From an uncultured Dehalococcoidia bacterium (lineage in GTDB: Bacteria; Chloroflexota; Dehalococcoidia; Lucifugimonadales; G958296245), in NCBI GenBank assembly GCA_958296245.1, contig OY282458.1, positions 2,234,197-2,298,196 on the forward strand: a stretch of DNA of 64,000 nucleotides, in the 5' to 3' direction. A program made the translations under genes and the position numbers. This document shows positions 9,878-18,651 of the stretch, piece by piece; within the stretch, counting starts at the first letter, position 1, and each line of letters starts with the position of its first letter. Below the pieces are notes generated by a model. The model saw nothing but the letters and a program-made list of their open reading frames with translations. It had not been told where the DNA came from and searched no databases.

Positions 9878-11005
9878 ATGAGTAAGGGGCGTGTGATCGT
9901 TGCCATGAGCGGAGGCGTGGACTCCTCCGTGGCGGCCCTGCTGCTGAAGCGGCAGGGCTACGACGTCGTGGGAGTGACGATGCGCCTGTGGACCGTCGAG
10001 CGCGAAGGGCTGCCAGCCCAGAGCAAGCGGTGCTGCTCGGTGGAGGACGTCGACGACGCCCGGTCGGTCTGCCAGAAGATAGGCGTCCCGCACTACGTCA
10101 TGAACTTCGAGCGCGAGTTCGAGGAGCACGTGGTGGGCTACTTCTGCCGGGAGTACGACAGGGGCCGCACGCCGCACCCTTGCCTTGCCTGCAACGACAA
10201 GATCAAGTTCGACTTCCTGCTGCGGAGGGCCCTGTTCCTAGACGCCGACTACGTGGCGACGGGTCACTACGCCCGCATACGACGCGGCCCGGCGTCGTTC
10301 GAACTCCTCAAGGGGGTTGACCCCCGGAAGGACCAATCCTACGTCCTCTTCACACTGACGCAGCGTGAGTTGGGGCGGCTGCTCCTTCCGGTAGGCGAGC
10401 TCCCCAAGAACCGAGTACGCGAATTGGCCGCCGAAGCCCGCCTGCCCGTAGCCGATAAGCCTGACAGCCAGGAGATATGCTTCATCCCGGACGGCGACTA
10501 CCGCAAATTCGTCAGGGGCCGTGTCAGCCCAAGACCCGGGGACATCGTGGATATGCGCGGGGAGGTGATCGGGGTCCATCCGGGGGTGCAGTTCTTCACC
10601 GTGGGCCAGCGGCGCGGGCTCGGCCTTGGGGGGAATACCGGGGCTCCTCGGTACGTGGTGCGGATCGACCCTGCCCGCAACAGGGTGGTCCTGGGCGCTG
10701 AGGAGGATCTCTACAGGACGTCCACGTGGGCGTCCTCCATCAACTTCACGGAGGGCCGAGCGCCCGAAGGTCCCGTGGAGGTGACGGCCAAGATCAGGTA
10801 TAAGGCCAGCGAGGCTCCGGCCACCCTCACGCCTCATGCGGGCTTCGCCGAGCTTCACTTCCGCGAGCCGCAGCGCGCCGTGACCCCCGGACAGGCGGTG
10901 GTCTTCTACGACGGAGGCCGCCTGCTGGGCGGGGGGATCATCGAACTGGACCCTCCGACCGGCGCCGGAGCGCCGCCGGCGCTGGCCGGGGCCGCGGCGG
11001 GCTAG
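9878..11005 (+). CDS. mnmA: tRNA 2-thiouridine(34) synthase
   Basis: PP-loop VIVAMSGGVDSSVAA plus conserved CCS..D, ACND.IKF, ATGHYAR and DQSY motifs. The start is set at ATG 9878 rather than the track start at 9839. Confidence 0.93.
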   Translation: MSKGRVIVAMSGGVDSSVAALLLKRQGYDVVGVTMRLWTVEREGLPAQSKRCCSVEDVDDARSVCQKIGVPHYVMNFEREFEEHVVGYFCREYDRGRTPHPCLACNDKIKFDFLLRRALFLDADYVATGHYARIRRGPASFELLKGVDPRKDQSYVLFTLTQRELGRLLLPVGELPKNRVRELAAEARLPVADKPDSQEICFIPDGDYRKFVRGRVSPRPGDIVDMRGEVIGVHPGVQFFTVGQRRGLGLGGNTGAPRYVVRIDPARNRVVLGAEEDLYRTSTWASSINFTEGRAPEGPVEVTAKIRYKASEAPATLTPHAGFAELHFREPQRAVTPGQAVVFYDGGRLLGGGIIELDPPTGAGAPPALAGAAAG

Positions 11006-11011
11006 CCCGCC

Positions 11012-11662
11012 GTGGCGTCTCGCCCCAAAGCGCCCCGCCGGACTAGGCCGACTTACCGCGAGGAGCGGCGGCTCCTGAAGGACGGCATCGCGCCTGTGGC
11101 AGGCCTGGATGAGGTCGGCAGGGGATGCCTTGCAGGCCCGGTCGTCGCAGGGGCGGCTGTGCTCCCACGCAATCCAAGGGGGGCCTGGGTCTCAGAGATC
11201 CGAGACAGCAAGCAGATGACGGCGCGGCAGAGGGAGCGGATGATGGCCGAGCTTCAGGATCGGGCCCCGGCCCTGGCGACCGGGTTAGCCAGCGCGGCCG
11301 AGATCGACCGCATAGGCATCGTGCCTGCGACCAGGCTAGCCATGCGCCGCGCCGTCGAGGCGCTCGGCGTCGCGCCCGCGTTCCTCCTGATCGACGCCTT
11401 GGAGCTCCCCGACCTGACCCTGCAACAGAAGTCTATAGTACGCGGCGACTCCCTCTGCCTGTCCGTCGCCGCTGCGTCGATAGTCGCCAAAGTCGCCCGA
11501 GACAGGATGATGGAGTCGGAGGACGCCTCCTACCCCCCCTACGGCTTCGCCAGCAACAAGGGGTACGCCACCCGCCAGCACCTCCGGGCCCTCGAAGAGC
11601 GCGGCCCGTGCCCCATTCACCGGTACTCCTTCGCGCCCGTGCGCCAGCCTCAATTGCTGTGA
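11012..11662 (+). CDS. rnhB: ribonuclease HII
   Basis: GLDEVGRGCLAGPVVAGAAVL and DSKQMT motifs; GTG start. Confidence 0.9.
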   Translation: MASRPKAPRRTRPTYREERRLLKDGIAPVAGLDEVGRGCLAGPVVAGAAVLPRNPRGAWVSEIRDSKQMTARQRERMMAELQDRAPALATGLASAAEIDRIGIVPATRLAMRRAVEALGVAPAFLLIDALELPDLTLQQKSIVRGDSLCLSVAAASIVAKVARDRMMESEDASYPPYGFASNKGYATRQHLRALEERGPCPIHRYSFAPVRQPQLL

Positions 11663-12030
11663 CGAGCACCCCCCGCCAGCGCCTGGGTTCGTTGGGCGAG
11701 ACGCTGGCGCGCCAGCGTCTCGAGGTGTCCGGCTACAGGGTCCTAGAGACCAACTACCGCGCCAAGGCCGGTGAGATCGACCTGGTTGCCGAGCATGGCC
11801 CCACGCTGGTCTTCGTCGAGGTGCGGACTCGCTCGGCCCATACCCTGGGCAGCCCGGAGGAGTCCCTGACACCCCGGAAGCGCTCCCACATGGCCGACGC
11901 CGCCCAGGAGTACCTGCAGGCCAAGGGCGCCGAGTCCCGCGATTGGCGCATCGACCTGGCGGCCGTGGTACTCACGCATCAAGGCCGCCTCCTCCGCTTC
12001 GACGTAATACGGAACGCCGTAGAGACGTGA
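11659..12030 (+). CDS. yraN: YraN-family (UPF0102) endonuclease-like protein
   Basis: G..GE..A...L...GY.VL..NYR...GEIDLVA......VFVEVR pattern. The GTG at 11659 overlaps the rnhB stop. The 301-aa track ORF starting at 11125 is an out-of-frame upstream extension across rnhB. Confidence 0.85.
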   Translation: MTSTPRQRLGSLGETLARQRLEVSGYRVLETNYRAKAGEIDLVAEHGPTLVFVEVRTRSAHTLGSPEESLTPRKRSHMADAAQEYLQAKGAESRDWRIDLAAVVLTHQGRLLRFDVIRNAVET

Positions 12031-12088
12031 GCGGCCCCTGACCGGAGCGGGTACCCCCCAACACGTGGCGGCGGCGCAGTTGGCGCGT

Positions 12089-12120
12089 GAAACCGTTCAG
12101 ACTCCGTGAGACCCGAATGA
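12089..12120 (+). repeat. family A repeat, solo left-end fragment
   Basis: GAAACCGTTCAGACTCCGTGAGACCCGAATGA matches the left terminus of the 8537 copy (..GTGAGACCCGAATGG). Confidence 0.6.
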
Positions 12121-12199
12121 CGCCCCGGGCGCCCGCCATCGCGGGGTGGTAGACTTCATCCTCGGGATAGAGACTCAAACGGACTGGAGGTTACTCCAT

Positions 12200-13933
12200 A
12201 TGGGAACCGGCTCGCGGACCTCTAGGAGGCCGATTACGGCGAATCCGTCCCAAATCATGGTCGAACAGCTTGCTGCGTCCGGGGTGAAATACGTCTTCAA
12301 TAACCCCGGCTCGCGGGAGGCGCGCTTCATGGACGCGCTGCACTCCCACCCCAGCCTTCACGGCATCCTGGCCCTGCATGAAGGCAGCGTGGCGGCCATG
12401 GCTGGGGGATACGCGCAAGCGAAGCTGGAACCGGCGGTCATGGTCGTGCATCTCAGCGCCGGCCTCGCTCAAAGCCTCGGGCAGGTGATCAACCTCTATG
12501 AAGGCAGCCTGCCCGTCGTGATCATCACGTTTGCGGGCGATACCGGCAGCTACTACGACAGGATCGGGATGGAGCTCGACCACAGCTTCGGGCCCACGTC
12601 CATCTCGGCGCCGTTCACCAAGTCCGGTTGGACGGTCGTCGAGCCTGACGGGCTGGCGCAAGCCGTAGACCGCGCTCTTCGAGTCGCTGCGACGCCTCCG
12701 GCGGGGCCCGTGCATCTTGCGGTCTATGACCGGCTACTGGGGGCCGAGGAGGTCGAGACGACCATCATCGAGGGCGCCCGGCATAGCGTCCGGGCCGGCA
12801 GCCCAGACGACGGCGACATTGAGAGCCTGGAGCGCGCCCTGCGCGAGACGGAGCGGCTCCTGATCTACGTCGGCGATGGCGTGTGGAAGAGCGGCGCGCA
12901 GGAACACGTGGCCGCCCTCGCCGAGCACTACGGGGCCGCGGTCTGCGGGGACTTCAGAAGCCTGCCGATCAAGCATCCGCTCCACTGCGGGCCCGTGTAC
13001 GACGCGCTTGCCGAGCCGGTCTTCGACACGATCGTGTGCATCGGCGCCCGGCATATAGGCACGGGCTTCCCCGAACCGTACGCCCCCGCACGATTCGCAC
13101 CCCGAATCATCGCCATCGGTCCCGACGTCCGAAACCTCAAGAACATCCAGGACGTGGACCTGGCGATCCTGGCCGACGAACGGAAGACCCTCGAACAGCT
13201 CGCCCGTCTTACCGCCCTGCGCTGCGAGGGACCGTTCGCCGAGCGCAGGGCATGGGCCCGTGAACACGCTGCCGGGCTGAGGGAGAAGCGGCTGCGGACG
13301 GCCCGCGCCGTCGAGGCGCAGCCGTCCACGGTGAGGCCGTGGGCGCTCCTCGACACCCTGGACGAGGCCCTGGAGGAGCGGGGCGGCGCCGTGGTGATGA
13401 TGGAGCAGTTCGCCTTGCCCATAGCCAGCATGGCGGGCAAGGGGGAGTCCGGGAAGAACACCTACGTCTACGCGGCCGGCGGCTCCGAGGGCTACGGCGT
13501 AGGAGGCGCCATAGGTCTGAAGCTGGCCGCCCCGGAGCGCAGGGTCGTGGGACTCATCGGGGACGGCTCCCTGTACTACTCAGACTCCGGCCTGTGGACC
13601 GCGGCGAATCATGGGGTTCCGGTGCTCTTCGTGGTCCCCAACAACAAATCCTACGGCACCGTCGCCGGCGCGTTCGGCGGCGTGGACGGAAACATGACCC
13701 GTACCGGAGAGTACGCCGGCGTCGTGCTCGACGGCGTTGACCCGTCCAAGATCGCCGAGGGCTTCGGCGTGGAGTCCATGACCGTCAGCGACGAAGCGGC
13801 CGTCGGACGCGCGATCGAGGAGGGGCTCCGCGTGGTCGACGACGAGAAGCGGCCGTTCCTACTCGACGTGCGCCTTCCGCTAGGCCTGCCGAGGGGCGGA
13901 CGCCCCGCCGCTCGCTACCGGCTCCAAAGCTAA
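12200..13933 (+). CDS. thiamine-diphosphate-dependent enzyme (acetolactate synthase / benzoylformate decarboxylase-like)
   Basis: N-terminal Pyr domain (GVKYVFNNPGS, E in HEGSVAAMAGGY) and a C-terminal ThDP motif GDGS..Y.....L.TA....PV..VV.NN. The start is set at ATG 12200 after GGAGG. Confidence 0.85.
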   Translation: MGTGSRTSRRPITANPSQIMVEQLAASGVKYVFNNPGSREARFMDALHSHPSLHGILALHEGSVAAMAGGYAQAKLEPAVMVVHLSAGLAQSLGQVINLYEGSLPVVIITFAGDTGSYYDRIGMELDHSFGPTSISAPFTKSGWTVVEPDGLAQAVDRALRVAATPPAGPVHLAVYDRLLGAEEVETTIIEGARHSVRAGSPDDGDIESLERALRETERLLIYVGDGVWKSGAQEHVAALAEHYGAAVCGDFRSLPIKHPLHCGPVYDALAEPVFDTIVCIGARHIGTGFPEPYAPARFAPRIIAIGPDVRNLKNIQDVDLAILADERKTLEQLARLTALRCEGPFAERRAWAREHAAGLREKRLRTARAVEAQPSTVRPWALLDTLDEALEERGGAVVMMEQFALPIASMAGKGESGKNTYVYAAGGSEGYGVGGAIGLKLAAPERRVVGLIGDGSLYYSDSGLWTAANHGVPVLFVVPNNKSYGTVAGAFGGVDGNMTRTGEYAGVVLDGVDPSKIAEGFGVESMTVSDEAAVGRAIEEGLRVVDDEKRPFLLDVRLPLGLPRGGRPAARYRLQS

Positions 13934-14024
13934 CGTGTACGTCTTGGGATCTGTCCGATTTATTTCCGCAGCCTGCCGGCCCCCCCGCTGACCGGGGTCA
14001 CTCTCAGACTTCATGCGTTGAATC

Positions 14025-14936
14025 GTGAAGGCCTCCCCAACGACGCAGCATACACAATCGCAGCCACTGCCGAGGGCCGTCCTAGGACGGACCGGGCTGG
14101 AGGTGACCCGGCTGGGCTATGGGGCCGCGTTCCGCAAGCGAATCGGCGAGGAACACGCCGACCGCCTGCTGAATCAGGTCATCGGCTCCGGCGTGAACTT
14201 CGTGGACACGGCGGGCGACTACCTGGACAGCGAGGTACGGATCGGCCGCGCCCTTTCGCACAGGTACGGCGAGTTTCACCTGTCCACGAAGTGCGGCTGC
14301 ACGGAGCGGCGGGAGCCGCATCACGTCAACGGCTCGGTTCACGAGTGGACACGCCAGAATCTGTACCGGGGCGTCGAGCAGAGCTTGGAGCGTCTCAACC
14401 GTGGCAGCCTGGAGATGGTGCAGCTCCACAGCCCCACGGTCGAGGAGTGCGAGAGGGGTCAGCTCGTCGAGACGCTGGCGGACATGCGGAGCAGCGGGCT
14501 GATCAGGTGGATGGGCATCTCGACCGCCTTGCCCCATCTCCCGGTCTTCCTGGAATGGGGGGTGTTCGACTTCTTCCAAGCGCCATACTCGGCGGTGCAG
14601 CGGGAGCATGAGGACTTGATCACCAAGATAGCCGAGTCCGGCGCTGGGGTCGTCGTCAGGGGAGGGGTAACACCCGAGGACCCTGAGCGTTGGAGCGCGT
14701 TCGAGCGGGCGCGGCTGGCCGAGTTGATGGGAGAAGGAGAGAGCATTTCGACCTTCATGCTGCGCTTCGCCCTAGCGCACCCCTCCATACATACGGTGAT
14801 CGTAGGCACTACGAGCACCGACCACCTTCGGGAGAACGTCGAGGCCGCGCTCGAAGGTCCCCTGCCCGCCGGCGAATATGCGGAAGCGCTTCACAGGCTG
14901 GACGCCGTAGGCGAAACTCCCGCCGACGTGGAGTAA
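14025..14936 (+). CDS. aldo/keto reductase
   Basis: LGRTGLEVTRLGYGA, NFVDTAGDY and the overall AKR layout; GTG start. Confidence 0.85.
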   Translation: MKASPTTQHTQSQPLPRAVLGRTGLEVTRLGYGAAFRKRIGEEHADRLLNQVIGSGVNFVDTAGDYLDSEVRIGRALSHRYGEFHLSTKCGCTERREPHHVNGSVHEWTRQNLYRGVEQSLERLNRGSLEMVQLHSPTVEECERGQLVETLADMRSSGLIRWMGISTALPHLPVFLEWGVFDFFQAPYSAVQREHEDLITKIAESGAGVVVRGGVTPEDPERWSAFERARLAELMGEGESISTFMLRFALAHPSIHTVIVGTTSTDHLRENVEAALEGPLPAGEYAEALHRLDAVGETPADVE

Positions 14937-14978
14937 CATAAGCGCGTCGAGAGCACAAGTTACTGAAGGAGGCCGTAA

Positions 14979-15392
14979 ATGGACTTCAGCACCGAGTTGG
15001 GAGGGCGTATCCGCAAGCAGCTTGAATCCGAGCACACGATCTGGCTAACCACCGTGGGCAGCGACAACACGCCGCAGCCCAGGCCGGTGTGGTTCGTGTG
15101 GGACGGCGAAACGCTCCTGGTGTACAGCGAGCCAAACACGCACAAGCTCCGGCACGTCGAGCGCAGCCCCAAGGTGTCTGTCAACTTCAACACTGACTTC
15201 GATGGGGAGCACGTCGGCGTCCTGACGGGAGAAGCCCGGGTCGACCCGGACGCGCCGCCGCCGGACGAGAACTCGGACTATCTCGCAAAGTACGGACGCG
15301 GAATAGCCGCCCTCGGCATGACGCCGGCGGAGGTCGCCCGCGATTACAACGTGGCCCTGCGGATAACCCCGCGGAAGATGCGCGGCTTCTAA
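14979..15392 (+). CDS. pyridoxamine 5'-phosphate oxidase-family (possibly F420-dependent) protein
   Basis: A small split-barrel protein: IWLTTVGSDNTPQPRPVWFVWDGETLLVYS. Confidence 0.7.
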   Translation: MDFSTELGGRIRKQLESEHTIWLTTVGSDNTPQPRPVWFVWDGETLLVYSEPNTHKLRHVERSPKVSVNFNTDFDGEHVGVLTGEARVDPDAPPPDENSDYLAKYGRGIAALGMTPAEVARDYNVALRITPRKMRGF

Positions 15393-15423
15393 CCCCGGAG
15401 CCGCACGGCAGAGGAGACAGCCC

Positions 15424-16185
15424 ATGAACGACCACGAGCGCTACCTATTCGACCTCAAGGGCTACGTTGCGGTGCCCGGGGCGCTGAGCGGGGAACAGGT
15501 GGCCAGGCTCAACAGCGTGCTGGACGAGCGTATCGACGCGGAGTGTCCGCCGGACATGCGCACCCACAGGTTCGTGCCGCTGCTCGACTGGGGCAGGGAC
15601 TACCGGGACCTCATAGACAACCCGGCGGCGACGCCTTACGTGGCCGAGCTTCTGGGCGAGCGGTTCCGGCTGGACCACGTCTACCTCGACGTCATCAGGT
15701 CGGGCAAGGGCCCCATAGGCACGCGGCTGCACGGGGGCGCGACCCCGTTCAACCCCACCCACTACTTCCGCTTCGAGGGAGGGCGGATGCATAACGGCCT
15801 GTCGGTGGTCGCCTACAACCTGAAGGACGTGGGGGCCGACGACGGCGGTTTCGGGTGCGTGCCCGGCTCTCACAAGAGCAACTACCCCTTCCCGGAGGAG
15901 TGGAAGGAGATGGACGAGCCGGGGCCCATCGTCGAGCGCGTCACGGGTCCCGCCGGCACAGCCATCATATTCACCGAGGCGCTCACCCACGGCACCCTGC
16001 CATGGACGGGCGCGGACGAGCGGCGGACCATATTCTTCAAGTACAGTCCCCACCCCATCTCGTGGTCGGCCCACTACTTCGACCCCGACGACTACGACGG
16101 CCTCACGGAATCGCAGCGCAGCATCTTGGAGGGGCCGAACGCCCGCTACGCCTATAGGGACCAACCCAAGGGCACCGTGACGTAG
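15424..16185 (+). CDS. phytanoyl-CoA dioxygenase (PhyH) family Fe(II)/2-oxoglutarate oxygenase
   Basis: FDLKGYVAVPGAL N-terminus, with LHGG and CVPGSH...FTEALTHG His/Asp-type ligand contexts. Confidence 0.75.
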   Translation: MNDHERYLFDLKGYVAVPGALSGEQVARLNSVLDERIDAECPPDMRTHRFVPLLDWGRDYRDLIDNPAATPYVAELLGERFRLDHVYLDVIRSGKGPIGTRLHGGATPFNPTHYFRFEGGRMHNGLSVVAYNLKDVGADDGGFGCVPGSHKSNYPFPEEWKEMDEPGPIVERVTGPAGTAIIFTEALTHGTLPWTGADERRTIFFKYSPHPISWSAHYFDPDDYDGLTESQRSILEGPNARYAYRDQPKGTVT

Positions 16186-16214
16186 GCTCCCGGGTAGGGA
16201 GCCTCGCCATCGTT

Positions 16215-16517
16215 ATGTTAGGAGACACCGTCCCCGCACGTGAAGCAACAGTGAGTATCCGTGAGGAGAGCCAGGGCGACGCCTCGGCTGTCCGGGGCGT
16301 CCACGAGCAGGCATTCGGCGGTCCGTATGAGCCTAGATTGGTCGACATGCTCCGCAACGCGAACCGCGTTACACTGTCACTGGTCGCGGTCGCTGCGGGA
16401 CAGGTCGTAGGGCACGTTCTGTTCTCCCCCGTAACTGTCGAACCACCCTCGGGGAACCTGCGATGGGCGGCGCCGGACCCTCGGCTTGCCGTCACCGGCA
16501 GCCCGGCTAGTACATGA
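16215..16517 (+). pseudogene. GNAT N-acetyltransferase remnant, 3'-truncated
   Basis: The N-terminal 75 aa or so match YhbS-like GNATs (..AFGG..E..LVD.LR......LSLVA...G.VVGHVLFSPVT). The acetyl-CoA-binding half is absent. The frame decays and ends in the CTAG shared with the stop of the converging gene at 16507. Confidence 0.6.
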
Positions 16518-16863
16518 TGAGGTGAGTCGGGACCAACCGCTGCTCCACCGGGTCCACCGCCAAGGCCAGACCTTCCAGGGTATAGGCCCCCAGCAGGGCT
16601 GGGGCGTTGTCTTCTCCAAAGACCACGAGGGTAACCACGCTGTCGCCATTGACTGTGGCCCACGCCTGTCCGTAGTCCATATCGATCCGCCGCCCGTCGG
16701 CCAGCAGAAACCTGCGCTTGCCCATCGGCGCAACGCCCAGCTCGCGCAGCACGCGAGCGGACAGTGTGGTATAGGCGGCGCCTGTATCCACGGTCGCTTC
16801 TATGTCCTGGCTCTGCCGGCCGTCCATACTGGAAATCCGCAGCGGACAGGCGAACGTCCCCAT
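16507..16863 (-). CDS. retropepsin-like (clan AA) aspartic protease, stand-alone, paralog 1
   Basis: Catalytic VDTGA motif and a single retropepsin-size domain. It is clearly paralogous to the gene at 61695..62051. The start is taken at MGTFACPL (ATG 16863). Confidence 0.75.
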   Translation of the reverse strand: MGTFACPLRISSMDGRQSQDIEATVDTGAAYTTLSARVLRELGVAPMGKRRFLLADGRRIDMDYGQAWATVNGDSVVTLVVFGEDNAPALLGAYTLEGLALAVDPVEQRLVPTHLIMY

Positions 16864-17001
16864 TGGCAGAGGCCCCTCTCTTCGCACTCGATACCAACCA
16901 TTCTAACCGATGGCCTATCATTGGCCCGAGACCGTGACGGCGGGTTTACAAGGCCAATGTTCTTGGCTTACTCTGACGCGCACGAGACGACGGAGGCATG
17001 G

Positions 17002-17673
17002 ATGCGACTTATCCTGATAGGCTGCGAGTACGTGGGAACTACGACCCTCGCGAACAAGATCGAGCGGTGGGCGCGGGAGAATATGGGGGCCAGGCTCGAC
17101 GACTTCCACTCACACTGGAAGTACCCGCACATAGCCACGGAAGAGGTCTCCGAAGAGGACCAAGCGTTGCTGATGCAGCTCAGCCCCAGCATGAAGGAGC
17201 TCATCCTCCGCACCAACTTGGAGTACCACATGCACCCCCTGTTCTACGACATGGACGACCACTGCATGGTCGGCCACTACATTGAGGAGATGGTCTACGC
17301 GCCGCTCTATTTCGACTACGGCGGACCGGGAGGCATCGGCGACAGGACCCTCACCTCCCGCTCCATGGAGCGCACCATACTGCGGCTCGGGCCCGGCACC
17401 ACCGTGGTGCACCTCAAGGCTACACCCGAGACGATCCGGCGCCGTATGAAGAAGGACCCGCACGCGCGCGGCGTGCTGCGGGACGCGGACGTGGAGTACG
17501 TGCTGCGGCGCTTTCAGGAAGAGTACGACCGGGCCGTCTACTTCAACCGGCTGGAGTTGGACACGACGGACGCCGCGCCCGACGAGACGCTCGCCGAGTG
17601 GGTTCGTAAGATGGACCCATTCTGGACGGAGATCGACCGGCTACGGCTGCTAACACACCGCAAAGAGGGATGA
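17002..17673 (+). CDS. hypothetical protein, P-loop-kinase-like with an atypical Walker A
   Basis: MRLILIGCEYVGTTTLANKI resembles a P-loop (GxxxxG[KT][ST]) but has T where Lys is expected. ATG 17002 follows GGAGG. The track ORF start at 16486 runs antisense through the protease gene. Confidence 0.5.
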   Translation: MRLILIGCEYVGTTTLANKIERWARENMGARLDDFHSHWKYPHIATEEVSEEDQALLMQLSPSMKELILRTNLEYHMHPLFYDMDDHCMVGHYIEEMVYAPLYFDYGGPGGIGDRTLTSRSMERTILRLGPGTTVVHLKATPETIRRRMKKDPHARGVLRDADVEYVLRRFQEEYDRAVYFNRLELDTTDAAPDETLAEWVRKMDPFWTEIDRLRLLTHRKEG

Positions 17674-18626
17674 GCCCAGATATGCGAACGTCACAAGGCA
17701 GCGGAGGCACCCCAACCGTCGACGTCCACGCCCACGTGAGCCGGGCGGAGGTGCAGGACGTCGACGACGAATTCGACAAGTACTTCCAGTACGGCATGTC
17801 GCACAAGGACAACCTGACGCTGATGGACGCCGTGGGCGTGGACAAGCAGGTCATACACTGCGCGCCGCGCCAGGGCACGTCCTTCGAGTACATCCACAAG
17901 TACGTCAGACGAGTGATGGGCGAGTATCCCGACCGCTTTGGGGCCATCACCAAGGTGGACGAGAGGAAGCTTCCGTCCGACGAGGGGTTGGAGCTGATCC
18001 GCAGAGACATCGAGGACTGGGGCTTCAACGGGTGGTGGTTCGCTCCTTGGCCGCCGGAGGAGCTTGTGGCCGCCGGCCTGAACCCAAAGGACTGGGGGGA
18101 ACCCAACCCCTTCTACTACTTCGACCACGAGCGTTACGACCCCGTGTGGGATCTCGTCGAGTCTCTGGGCGTGCCCGCCTGCGTCACCTCGTCGCCGCAG
18201 AACTTCACCGGATTCTCCCCGGCCCTGCTGAACGTCCTTGGCAGGCATCCCGATCTGACCGTCGTGGTGGTCCACGGCATAGACCCGCCAAGCTGCCTGC
18301 AGGGGGACGGCTCCGTTTCGATACCAGAGGCGGCTGTCCGGCTGGTCGATGAGCATGACGTATACATCGAGCTTTTGACCGGCATCGACGTCCAGCGCGG
18401 CCAGCCGAACCGGTACGGCTCCAACGACGAGGTGATCAAGGCCTTCTACGACACCTTCGGCCCCTCCCGGCTGATGTGGGGATCGGAGTTCACCAACATA
18501 GAGCGGCCCACAGTAAAGCAGTACCGCCATCAGTTCGACTACGTGAAAGAGCGCTGCCCCTACGCGACCGCTGAAGACCTCGCCCTGATCCGAGGCGGCA
18601 ACGCCATGAAGGTCTACGGGCTGTAG
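17670..18626 (+). CDS. amidohydrolase-2 family metal-dependent hydrolase (TIM barrel)
   Basis: VDVHAHV N-terminal metal motif, VVVHG, and C-terminal MWGSEF..; the start overlaps the upstream stop. Confidence 0.75.
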   Translation: MSPDMRTSQGSGGTPTVDVHAHVSRAEVQDVDDEFDKYFQYGMSHKDNLTLMDAVGVDKQVIHCAPRQGTSFEYIHKYVRRVMGEYPDRFGAITKVDERKLPSDEGLELIRRDIEDWGFNGWWFAPWPPEELVAAGLNPKDWGEPNPFYYFDHERYDPVWDLVESLGVPACVTSSPQNFTGFSPALLNVLGRHPDLTVVVVHGIDPPSCLQGDGSVSIPEAAVRLVDEHDVYIELLTGIDVQRGQPNRYGSNDEVIKAFYDTFGPSRLMWGSEFTNIERPTVKQYRHQFDYVKERCPYATAEDLALIRGGNAMKVYGL

Positions 18627-18651
18627 CCGAATACGCCGTATCTTGGAACCC

